Program-made: the position numbers and the translations under genes
Origin: Candidatus Thorarchaeota archaeon
Lineage (GTDB): Archaea > Asgardarchaeota > Thorarchaeia > Thorarchaeales > Thorarchaeaceae
Direction of reading: 5' to 3'
DNA length: 32,000 nucleotides
Assembly: GCA_008080745.1 (NCBI GenBank)
Contig: SHMX01000004.1
Coordinates: 150,001-182,000, forward strand
Notes under the pieces: model-generated
What the model was told of the DNA's origin: nothing
Seen by the model: only the letters and a program-made list of their open reading frames with translations
Databases searched by the model: none
Shown here: positions 1 to 8,577 of the stretch, one piece after another
Numbering within the stretch: position 1 is the first letter of the stretch
Layout: each line of letters starts with the position of its first letter

Positions 1-1
1 C

Positions 2-586
2 CCTTTTGACTCGAATGGTTTACTTTGTCCTCATTTGGTGGCCTTGGGTTTTACTGCGTCAAAGGAATTAGGTACATTAGCTGATTATGTAATTCCACTC
101 GCATTATCTGAGAGTAATCCATTAGGAGTTCTTACAAGATTAGGACTTATAGAAGGCTCTGAAGATGGTGAATATAGGATAACCCATCTAGGTAGTGTGG
201 TTAATCGTCTATATCTTAGCATCCCAACCATCAGAGAAATGATTGCTTTGTTACCTTTCACCAGTGATGTAGAAGATCTTCTTTGGCTTCTAAGACATTT
301 GGCTTCAATTGAAACCGGGAGTTCTCTTGATGACTCCTATGAAAATCTTGTAGCTGGTGTTGCAAGCACGGATATGGAAATTAGTAAACTGGCAGAGAGT
401 CTTGAACTACATGTTGGTGATGCTTACGGCCTTTTAGAAACATCAAGATGGCTTCTATCTGCAATCTCTGCAGTGAGTGAAATAGGAGGATTTGAAGAAT
501 TGGTACAAAAATCAACGAACTTGCTGAAATCGTTGGATAATCGTTTAGGAAGAACTACTCCAGAAAATCAGGAGGATGAGGAATAA
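2..586 (+). CDS. Hel308/Ski2-like SF2 helicase, C-terminal part (5'-truncated by window edge)
   Basis: Frame is open from position 2 (PFDSNGLLCPHLVAL...). 'LTRLGLIE..YRITHLGSVVNRLYL' matches the Hel308 winged-helix motif (T-x-LG-x2-V-x-RLY). 'LHVGDAYGLLETSRWLL' matches the ratchet-domain GD...WL motif. Stop TAA overlaps the next ATG (TAATG, 584-588). Confidence 0.72.
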   Translation, partial: PFDSNGLLCPHLVALGFTASKELGTLADYVIPLALSESNPLGVLTRLGLIEGSEDGEYRITHLGSVVNRLYLSIPTIREMIALLPFTSDVEDLLWLLRHLASIETGSSLDDSYENLVAGVASTDMEISKLAESLELHVGDAYGLLETSRWLLSAISAVSEIGGFEELVQKSTNLLKSLDNRLGRTTPENQEDEE

Positions 587-2145
587 TGGTAATCTCTGAG
601 AAAAAGGAATCTAGTGTTATTGAATCTGACACAACGGAAGATGCTGAAACTGAATATGACATTGTTCGAGCTCTTCAGAAGACAGAGCATCTTACTCATA
701 CATATGAGAATGGACTGGTACTAGGGGTACGATTAGAAGGTGTAACTGGAACACGAGGGGTACACCTTGATATCGTACATATTCTAGACCTTAGAAAAGC
801 AGAATTCGGCAAGACCAATTTGGCCATGCGTGCTGCTGTATTGGAGAGTATGAATCGAAGCCTTGAATCACTTCTTGAAGATGTTGGTTTGAATGATTTT
901 CTTGAGGAAAGAACATTCATCACTGCATGGGGTCGGGTTCGCATTCCAACAATTGGTTCCGCCAAGCACAATTCCAGATCAATGATTCACGAAACTCGAA
1001 CAGTCTATGTGATTGTGAAAGACACAAAACCATCTACTGATTTTTCTTGGCTCACTGAAACAAAAAGAGTGGTGACCCCTGACGAGTTTGCTTTAGTTCG
1101 AATTACCGACACCAAGTCTCTTCTTACCAACCTCCAGAAACAGATTGCATCAGAAAAATGGAAGATACTAGAAAGGGGTTTCCGTGATAGTTGGTTAGGA
1201 ATCATCTTCTCTTCTATAATTTTGGTGGGTATAGGAAGTATTGTTGGTGTTCTACTTGTCAATAATGGCAATGTCGCTTTGCCAATATTTGCAATTATCG
1301 GTGGAGTTCTGCTAGGCGGATACTTTCTTAGCTCTTCTCGTAGACATCTCTCCGATTTTCGAGAAATGGTTTGTGTGGAGGAACAAAAGCTCTCTGAGAT
1401 GTCTGATAAGACGCGGATAGAAGAATCTGTCCTTGAGAATATGGATAGTATGCGTTTACTAGGTGATTTGAATTTTGTAGTTTCACCACTGATGGCAAAG
1501 GCTGGGAATGCATTATCTGACCTAGATCTTGATGGTGCTGTTAGCTTTGCGTGTTCGGTTATGGATGAATGTATGCGTCTATCTTCTGCAGATTTGAGTA
1601 AATTAGAGGGTTCATTCATAGGTGGTGATGAAGGTATTGCAAAATTTGTTGGGTTATTTGGAGATTTGGGTGCTGAAGAATATGAAACAGACTTGGCATT
1701 AGCTTATGTCGCACTAACAGGCTATACTATCAGTCCCATATCTGCTGAAGAGGTCATCACTCATATAGCCACTCTAAATAACGCTCTATACCATATTGGA
1801 GCTCTTAGACCTGATATAAAAGAAATAATCGACGATTTACTGAATTCGCGTGCAGGTATGGAGGCTGTAGAATATCTAAATGAGGAGCTAAGCAAACCAG
1901 AAGAACCTATTCCGGAACCTAGTTTGCCATCCAAGAAACAAGAAGAAGCAACAATCGAAGATAAAGAAGACAGCTCTGAAGAATTAGATGCACTTAAAGA
2001 ATTCATCACCGGCTCAGATTGTTCCACAAAATCAGATGAAGAAGAAAAGGACTTCGTAGAAATGGATGATATCTCTACGACCGGATCAGATATTGTTTCT
2101 AGAAGAACGAATGGCAGAATCTCGGGGGATGAAAAAACTGAATGA
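586..2145 (+). CDS. Hypothetical protein with two central TM helices and an acidic C-terminal tail
   Basis: 519-aa ORF coupled to the upstream stop. Hydrophobic segments WLGIIFSSIILVGIGSIVGVLLV and VALPIFAIIGGVLLGGYFL. Family not recognised. Confidence 0.8.
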   Translation: MVISEKKESSVIESDTTEDAETEYDIVRALQKTEHLTHTYENGLVLGVRLEGVTGTRGVHLDIVHILDLRKAEFGKTNLAMRAAVLESMNRSLESLLEDVGLNDFLEERTFITAWGRVRIPTIGSAKHNSRSMIHETRTVYVIVKDTKPSTDFSWLTETKRVVTPDEFALVRITDTKSLLTNLQKQIASEKWKILERGFRDSWLGIIFSSIILVGIGSIVGVLLVNNGNVALPIFAIIGGVLLGGYFLSSSRRHLSDFREMVCVEEQKLSEMSDKTRIEESVLENMDSMRLLGDLNFVVSPLMAKAGNALSDLDLDGAVSFACSVMDECMRLSSADLSKLEGSFIGGDEGIAKFVGLFGDLGAEEYETDLALAYVALTGYTISPISAEEVITHIATLNNALYHIGALRPDIKEIIDDLLNSRAGMEAVEYLNEELSKPEEPIPEPSLPSKKQEEATIEDKEDSSEELDALKEFITGSDCSTKSDEEEKDFVEMDDISTTGSDIVSRRTNGRISGDEKTE

Positions 2146-2842
2146 TACTATCCAAGTTCTAGATCTTCCACATCTAACAGGTCTGATTCACATATGGGGT
2201 CCAGCTGGGTCGGGAAAAACCATGCTCGCTACTGCCCTCGCTGCTTATGCTTCTACAAAGGGTGCAGTAGAATGGATCTGCACTGATGGTAAGAAGGGAT
2301 TTCTTCCAATTTTGAAACGCAATGTGGAAAACTTGGGGGGTTCCATTGATATAATTACTCTTCAATTTCCTCAGACACATAGAGAGAGCTATCAAGCCAT
2401 TATGTCTCTTGTAGACGATATCTCCCCACTAACACGATGTATTGTAGTTGATTCTTTAACACGTGTTCTTGATATGGGCCGTGATGACGAACAGCTTTGG
2501 GGACGAGAGCTTATTGAGGATGTTTTACCTACTTTAGCTAGTCTGAGTCTGGCTAGAGGACTTCAGGTTGTTCTAACAAGTGAAATGAGAGAATTATCTG
2601 ATAAGGGCCTTACTCCCGTATACCACAAGGAGATTAGAAGATGGACTGATTTTGAAGTAGCGGTTTCAAAGTCAATTAATCGTGGAGGTTCAGATATATT
2701 TCTTGAGCATGAAAAATTGTATAGTTATACCCCCATCGGCTCAATTTTTCTGGACAACGAAGGAAGAGTAAGAATACAAAATCCAGATATTGAAACAGAA
2801 AAGAGAGGTGTTCAACAGGATGTTTGGCAAGGGACTGTTTAA
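2129..2842 (+). CDS. RadB/Rad51-paralog-like RecA-fold ATPase
   Basis: Walker A WGPAGSGKT, Walker B CIVVDSL, VVLTSE strand; no N-terminal HhH domain of RadA. The ORF track starts at 2066. ATG 2129 is preferred because it leaves ~23 aa before Walker A, as in RadB, and reduces overlap with the upstream gene. Confidence 0.8.
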   Translation: MKKLNDTIQVLDLPHLTGLIHIWGPAGSGKTMLATALAAYASTKGAVEWICTDGKKGFLPILKRNVENLGGSIDIITLQFPQTHRESYQAIMSLVDDISPLTRCIVVDSLTRVLDMGRDDEQLWGRELIEDVLPTLASLSLARGLQVVLTSEMRELSDKGLTPVYHKEIRRWTDFEVAVSKSINRGGSDIFLEHEKLYSYTPIGSIFLDNEGRVRIQNPDIETEKRGVQQDVWQGTV

Positions 2843-3785
2843 ATTAATTGGACTCGGAATAGCTATTGCAATTTCATTGTTAGTTGGATCCAATATTCTA
2901 AATTCAATCATTGTCATAGTAGGCGAAGCAAGAAATGGTAATCTCGTACCTTTGATTTCGATATATGTAGTCACAATGATAGTTGTTTTGATTCCTCGAA
3001 TGTTATCCATCCAATCTATAGCTGATAAAATAATCCGAATTTGTGCATATGCGGTCATTGGATATACCAGCGTTCTATCCTTTTTTGTTGGTCTTTCATT
3101 TGGATTTGTACTTTCTTTGACCTTCTTCATCCTAACTGTACTAATCTATTCATTCGTACACGACCCCTCTGAGATTCTTGCACTATTAGAAACAAAACAA
3201 TACACACAACAATTAGGTCGAATATCTAATTGGTCTCGATCAAACAGTCATTTTGAGTCAAAAATCTCTGAGAAGCTTCTTCAGCGACACTCGGTCTTTA
3301 TTATATCCCATAAAGACCGAATGAATACTGTTGAATTGATCAGAAGGCGTCCCTTTCTTCCGATTACCTTACTCCATCTCGTCGATTGTGATGTTATATT
3401 GATAAATAAAGAAGTAGATGGAAATAACCAAATCCCAAGAATACTTTCACTATTAAAAGAGAATAAGATAGATTCTATTATAATTGCACCAAACCTCCTT
3501 TCAGAAGCCGTTTTACTAATGCCAATACTTGATGAAAGGAATGGACTCTCTATGTCTGATTATAGAATAGTTAGCTCTTCTAACGCTATTGATAATTTAC
3601 TTGAAATTTGGCCAGAAAGAATGATTGTTATCGGACATTCTGATGGACTGAGAGTCATTCTACCACAAACTGAGGTTTTAGGAATCGAGTCAATGTCGAT
3701 TAAAGAAGGGTATGAAAGTGATGTATTATTATTACATGAATATTCCTCTTTAAGGGAGGTGTCTCCAAATGCGCATATCGCTTAG
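2820..3785 (+). CDS. Hypothetical membrane protein (about 4 N-terminal TM helices plus a soluble C-terminal domain)
   Basis: Long ORF overlapping both neighbours. GAGGTG SD-like motif precedes ATG 2820 (track start is TTG 2790). N-terminal ~115 aa is strongly hydrophobic. Confidence 0.78.
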   Translation: MFGKGLFKLIGLGIAIAISLLVGSNILNSIIVIVGEARNGNLVPLISIYVVTMIVVLIPRMLSIQSIADKIIRICAYAVIGYTSVLSFFVGLSFGFVLSLTFFILTVLIYSFVHDPSEILALLETKQYTQQLGRISNWSRSNSHFESKISEKLLQRHSVFIISHKDRMNTVELIRRRPFLPITLLHLVDCDVILINKEVDGNNQIPRILSLLKENKIDSIIIAPNLLSEAVLLMPILDERNGLSMSDYRIVSSSNAIDNLLEIWPERMIVIGHSDGLRVILPQTEVLGIESMSIKEGYESDVLLLHEYSSLREVSPNAHIA

Positions 3786-4488
3786 TGCTATTGACATTGA
3801 AAGTATTCCCTCATCTATTACTCGTCTCAGGCCTTATGTTCTTGATCGGGCGTTGGGCCAACTATTACTTCCTGAACAGATAAGCTTGCTATATGGTGTA
3901 GATAAATCTCCTCTAACTCGTTTAGCACATAATGTTGCAATAAATGTAGCAATGAACGGGAACAATGCTATCTTTTTGGATTCAGGTAATAATTATAATT
4001 CTCATCTTGTAAATAGTCAAATACCCTCAAAACGGGAACGCACAGAAATTCTCGAACATATAATTATTGCAAAGATTTTTTCTTTGTCTGATCTCATCAA
4101 TATATCCAATGAAATAAATGAGATTCAAAATCTGTCCTTCATAGTCCTAGATAGTCTTAGTGGGGTACTAAATCTTAGTGGTGCGCCAGGCAGTATCGAG
4201 AGACAAAGACTTCTGTTCAAAACTCTTCAAGTTATCCGAAGACTAGTAAATACTACCAATGCTCATTTTCTTGTTACGAGTTACTCAACAAATGATTGGA
4301 AGACGGGTGATACACGACCTGTTGGTGGTAACGTTCTAGCACATAATTTGGATTCGATTATCCATGTTGAAATGATTGATTCGAAAAAGGGAATTCTACA
4401 ATTCAATATTGAACGAAGTTCAATTCCAATAACCCAAGAAGTATTTGCATTTAGAATGACGAAAACCGGATTCAAGACATTATCATGA
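3769..4488 (+). CDS. RecA/RadA-fold protein with degenerate Walker A (likely inactive Rad51 paralog)
   Basis: LLYGVDKSPLT sits in the Walker A position and lacks GK. AIFLDSGN, FIVLDSL (Walker B), LVTS and PVGGNVLAH match RadA/Rad51 core motifs. GGAGGTG SD before the ATG. Confidence 0.75.
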   Translation: MRISLSAIDIESIPSSITRLRPYVLDRALGQLLLPEQISLLYGVDKSPLTRLAHNVAINVAMNGNNAIFLDSGNNYNSHLVNSQIPSKRERTEILEHIIIAKIFSLSDLINISNEINEIQNLSFIVLDSLSGVLNLSGAPGSIERQRLLFKTLQVIRRLVNTTNAHFLVTSYSTNDWKTGDTRPVGGNVLAHNLDSIIHVEMIDSKKGILQFNIERSSIPITQEVFAFRMTKTGFKTLS

Positions 4489-4498
4489 GGATGACACT

Positions 4499-5488
4499 AT
4501 GGGTGTAAAAGGTTGGAACTTTATTCCTTGGCGATGGGTTGAAACTGATGAGATATTTCCAGGATCCATTGCTATAGATATGCCAAATTACCTTACTCGT
4601 CGACTAACTGTTATCAAAAATTCTCGGTCTAGAAATGGAAGGATTCCTCTTCAGCACGTGAGTATGATTCTGGGAATTATTCGGTCAGCAATGAAACAGA
4701 AGGTTCTACCCTTGCTACTATTTGATGGCCCTCCTGAATCTTTGAAAAGAAAACCCAATCCTTCATTGTTAATTAACGCTCATAGTCTCTATCAGAAATT
4801 CAAGGAAAATGAGGACGCATTTGATGACTCGATATCGGGATCTCTGTATAATAGTCCTGCTCTCCGTATGTACTTCGCCATGGAGCACATCCAGGATATA
4901 GCTTCTTATTGTGGTGTTCCTGTGATACGCTGTCCAAGTGAAGCAGAACTATATGGTTCACTTCTCTGTAACCGAGGTATTGTAAAAACTGTAGTTTCAA
5001 ATGATGTAGATGCACTACTATTTGGAAGCCCTCATGTGACCAAACAAATTCAATTCTCTAAAGGTCTGATATGTAGGACAACCTTGAGTGATATAACTGA
5101 ATCAATTGGTCTGTCTGTTAGCCAATTACGAGATCTTGCCATTCTGTGTGGTTGCGATTTTTATCCAGAGGGATTGAAAGGTATTGGTCCTAGAAAAGGA
5201 GCTGTTCTGCTAAAACGTTACAATGATTTACCTAGTCTTTTAGACTCAAAAGGAATCTATGGGATACAACGAGAGGAGATGTTAGAAGCTCGAGATGTGT
5301 TTGAAGAAATACAATATCTATCACTGAAAGGGGTAAACACCTCTCTTCGCCCACCTCTCATCACACGTCTTGAGAGAATTCTATTTCCTGTCCTTGGTGA
5401 AGAACGAGCAAAACAATGGGCGACAGAAATGCTATCTCTCTGGAAGCATTTTCGAACTGAACAGGCAACATTGGATCAATGGATATAA
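4499..5488 (+). CDS. FEN1/XPG (Rad2)-family 5' structure-specific nuclease, divergent FEN1 paralog with PIP box
   Basis: N-terminal MGV; IAID, LLFDG, PSEAE, SNDVDALLFGSP and LCGCDF..GLKGIGPRK (H3TH) retain the acidic active-site residues. C-terminal QATLDQWI is PIP-box-like. Confidence 0.85.
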   Translation: MGVKGWNFIPWRWVETDEIFPGSIAIDMPNYLTRRLTVIKNSRSRNGRIPLQHVSMILGIIRSAMKQKVLPLLLFDGPPESLKRKPNPSLLINAHSLYQKFKENEDAFDDSISGSLYNSPALRMYFAMEHIQDIASYCGVPVIRCPSEAELYGSLLCNRGIVKTVVSNDVDALLFGSPHVTKQIQFSKGLICRTTLSDITESIGLSVSQLRDLAILCGCDFYPEGLKGIGPRKGAVLLKRYNDLPSLLDSKGIYGIQREEMLEARDVFEEIQYLSLKGVNTSLRPPLITRLERILFPVLGEERAKQWATEMLSLWKHFRTEQATLDQWI

Positions 5489-5493
5489 CAAAC

Positions 5494-7551
5494 TTAGATC
5501 CATGGGTCAATGAAACTCTTTGTTGATTCATCGTAGAGTCGTTCAAGTACCGTGAAATAATAGGTCCATTGTCTATCTACTCTTGCTATCATATATTCAA
5601 AATTATCTCTCTCTAATAAATCTGCAATCTGACCTATTATTATCCCTCCACTTCCTCTAGGTGTTCTTATAGTCGCACAGAGATCAGTATGTTGTTGATT
5701 ATAGAATCCTTTACAGTAATTGGAGAGTGCAATAATTCTTTCAAATGCGGTTTGCAACTTTTTGTTTTCGGTGTGTTTTGCTACTAGTAAATAACCCTCT
5801 GGAAGTCCACAGTAATCAATAATCGGATGATGTACAACGGTTATAATATCATTTTTCACCAATTCGGAAATAACATAATCAGAAGTCCTTCTTGGAATAC
5901 CTAATGAATCCAATAACCATTTCATTTGGTTCCAGTATTCATGAGTTCCCCATAAGGCACTCATAACGTCAACTTCTCGTTGTGTTGGTGAGTATTGTGT
6001 TGCGCTCATTTTTGGTTCACGATAAATCCAACCATCTGATCCTCTTGTGTCGTGGGTATCTGGATATCGCCATCTTCTGAGATGTGCATCATATAGGTCT
6101 AATCGTAGAGAAAAGAATGTTGAATCTCCTACTACCTGAAGTAATTGTTCTTTTTTATCTGGGCCTTGTGAGGATTTTGGTTCGATATATATTGTTGCAA
6201 TTTGAAAATCACTATCTGAGAGATGAATCTTTTCAACTAATCCTTTAGATTTTAGTAAAGGTCTCTTTTTCCTCCCTACTGCAATCCTGAATTGCATTCC
6301 CAATGCATGTAGCCCAATCAAAGTTGTTGTATTGAGAAACTTTTCAATTTGTGCAAGTCTATTGAAGGAAATTCTTTTTGAAATTCCCAATATCTGTGCT
6401 GTTTCATCGGCTGTGATTTTTTTTGGTTCGCTAAAGGGGGATAGATATCTGCATACCTCTCTTACAATGGGATTATTCATAAAATTCACATGCTCTCTAA
6501 AAGAGCCAATTAAACCTCCGTGTTCTTCCGCTGATACGTCATCAGCTCGGATACCCACTGCCATCCATTGGGAATGAATATTTTGAGAGTATAAGATGTC
6601 TTTTAGGCTGTTTTTGAAGGAATCTAAAGTTGCTGGTTGTTTAGGCAAATATGCAGAAAGTAATTTCAACTGTTCTTCAGTTGGTTGTTTGTTTTCTATT
6701 ATATCCGATAGGTTTTCAATTATTGTGGATGTGCTTGAAATTTCGGGTGTCTTTTCAAGCATCCTTTCGAGTTCCTCTCTGAATTTTGAACTCTCTCTCA
6801 TTTTTTTATGAAGTTTCTTGGTTTCCTCAATATCGGGAATCTGTTTTGGCAGCACCTCCAGTAGTTTCTCATTAGCTGAATGATTCTCTAAAAATGAAAG
6901 TTGGCTTCGGAGATTTAGAATGACTGGATCGGATTGAGAAATCACTCCAATTTTGGATATGAATTTTTTGATAATTTTTCTCGTTTCGCCTACAGTAGTA
7001 TCAATTGTCAAGTTGTTTTCGATTTTTCTGAGCATGTCTTCCTTAATCTCATCAATCCAATATCTCCATAACACCACAAGCCACTCAATCGTATCATTTG
7101 CTATTTTCGTGTGATTTCCGATTGATAATAATGCCGCTGATAGAGAATCTAGTCCTGAAACCTGTAAACCTAGTTCTTCTAGTGATGGATAATTCTTTGA
7201 AGATATTCTGCCAAAAGCATAGGCAATTGATTTCTTGTAATCAATATCTTCGGGAAGCATAGATTGTAACCACTCTAAAATCGTCTTCCCTGTTCTTTGG
7301 AACTTGAAGTGACCAAGCATTTCATATAGTGCATTTATCCCTAGACTAGTATCGTATTCAGTAAATGGGATTTCACATCCATCAACCCCTTGTAAATTAT
7401 ATTCTGATTCGAATTCTTTAGGATTGATTTTCTCCGTAGGCTTTCCATATTTATCTTCAATTAGACGCTTGAGGATTTGGGTATCGTCGATGAATCTCCC
7501 TTTTTGGAGCCAATTTATGGAGATCTGTGCTCGGGGACTCAAATATTTCAA
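5494..7551 (-). CDS. Large hypothetical protein, helical N-terminus plus tandem Lrp/AsnC-like wHTH-RAM C-terminal half (putative regulator)
   Basis: 685-aa ORF with TTG start. HTH-like ADETAQILGISKRISFNRL followed by IGLHALG. LDLYD-x5-W linker, then a second wHTH (LLDSLGIPRRTSDYVISELVKNDII) and a beta-alpha-beta domain. Confidence 0.6.
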   Translation of the reverse strand: MKYLSPRAQISINWLQKGRFIDDTQILKRLIEDKYGKPTEKINPKEFESEYNLQGVDGCEIPFTEYDTSLGINALYEMLGHFKFQRTGKTILEWLQSMLPEDIDYKKSIAYAFGRISSKNYPSLEELGLQVSGLDSLSAALLSIGNHTKIANDTIEWLVVLWRYWIDEIKEDMLRKIENNLTIDTTVGETRKIIKKFISKIGVISQSDPVILNLRSQLSFLENHSANEKLLEVLPKQIPDIEETKKLHKKMRESSKFREELERMLEKTPEISSTSTIIENLSDIIENKQPTEEQLKLLSAYLPKQPATLDSFKNSLKDILYSQNIHSQWMAVGIRADDVSAEEHGGLIGSFREHVNFMNNPIVREVCRYLSPFSEPKKITADETAQILGISKRISFNRLAQIEKFLNTTTLIGLHALGMQFRIAVGRKKRPLLKSKGLVEKIHLSDSDFQIATIYIEPKSSQGPDKKEQLLQVVGDSTFFSLRLDLYDAHLRRWRYPDTHDTRGSDGWIYREPKMSATQYSPTQREVDVMSALWGTHEYWNQMKWLLDSLGIPRRTSDYVISELVKNDIITVVHHPIIDYCGLPEGYLLVAKHTENKKLQTAFERIIALSNYCKGFYNQQHTDLCATIRTPRGSGGIIIGQIADLLERDNFEYMIARVDRQWTYYFTVLERLYDESTKSFIDPWI

Positions 7552-7639
7552 CTCGTTTTCCTAATACAAACCCTTTCAAAAGGTGAAATTTCAGCAATGA
7601 TACTGCCTAAAAAATGATTTGGATTCTAAATGAATACTA

Positions 7640-7846
7640 ATGGGCTCTAATAATGCTTATTATCTGTTGTGTGATATTCTTATATTCCTATTTCAAAATT
7701 TTGGCTACTATATATCCTATCTTGTTTATTGGATAATTCCAAAACCCTTGGTACCAATCTCATATTCGAGTGATATCGAACGATGGCACTCAGATTCGAA
7801 GATGTATGAGAATAACGAGGATGAACAAGTGTGCAAATGGATATAG
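7640..7846 (+). CDS. Possible small hydrophobic protein
   Basis: 68-aa ORF filling the gap and overlapping the start of the next gene; aromatic/hydrophobic N-terminal half. No family recognised; may be spurious. Confidence 0.35.
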   Translation: MGSNNAYYLLCDILIFLFQNFGYYISYLVYWIIPKPLVPISYSSDIERWHSDSKMYENNEDEQVCKWI

Positions 7847-8427
7847 TGGTTCTAGTCACATCATCTTTTGTATTTGCTTTTCAGATCACACCCTTAGTTG
7901 TTATTGTAGCAACCGCTATTCGTAGCATAGTGCTTCTAACAGGTAGACGAAGAGCATTTGTGACTTGGACAAGAAATTCACTACTATCAGCAATATCTAT
8001 AATTTTTGCACCTGGTATGATGATTAACACCGGAGTCAGGTATGGAATTTGTTCCCTTTTTGGGATTGACATGGATGGTATCGGTGCTAATAGCACCTAT
8101 GCTGAACTCAATCTATTCCTTCGTGTTGAACGTCCTCCACGGGTATGGGTTTTGGTGACAGCTCTCTTCCTGAGTACTGTCCTCTCTGTATTCATTGGAT
8201 TTGTGTTGATTGTGCTTCCTATGGTAATAATCATAGGAGCGCCGCTTGTCTTGGTCTGTTGGTATGTTGCTGTTTGCGTATTATTCAACACCTCCATTCG
8301 TGGTGGAGACGTTACGCTTCTTGGAGCTGCATTGAAGGGTCATCCTGGCAAAGGTATTCTTGAGTTAGTCGTTACACTATCAATAATCGTTTTTCTCTAC
8401 ATTGCTTTGAGTGGGGTGTTGTTGTGA
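7837..8427 (+). CDS. Membrane protein resembling M50/DUF3267-type zincin peptidases but lacking HExxH
   Basis: FAPGMMINTGVRYGICSLFG aligns with the family pattern 'PG-x3-HE-x2-H-x3-C-x-LFG' with NTGVR in place of HExxH. Distal WYVAVCVLFNTSIRGGD matches the '..S-x2/3-D' motif. Multiple TM segments. Confidence 0.6.
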   Translation: MDIVVLVTSSFVFAFQITPLVVIVATAIRSIVLLTGRRRAFVTWTRNSLLSAISIIFAPGMMINTGVRYGICSLFGIDMDGIGANSTYAELNLFLRVERPPRVWVLVTALFLSTVLSVFIGFVLIVLPMVIIIGAPLVLVCWYVAVCVLFNTSIRGGDVTLLGAALKGHPGKGILELVVTLSIIVFLYIALSGVLL

Positions 8428-8577
8428 AAATAATATCAAGTCCCGGATTCATAGGTCCCATCTTTTTCAATAAAAGGAGTCCCCGTTCTCTACAAAACAC
8501 ACACCAGTCTGACTCTGAATCAAATCACTATCCGGGACACCATTTTCTATGCTTGTATAATGTTTGGAGGTATTCTG

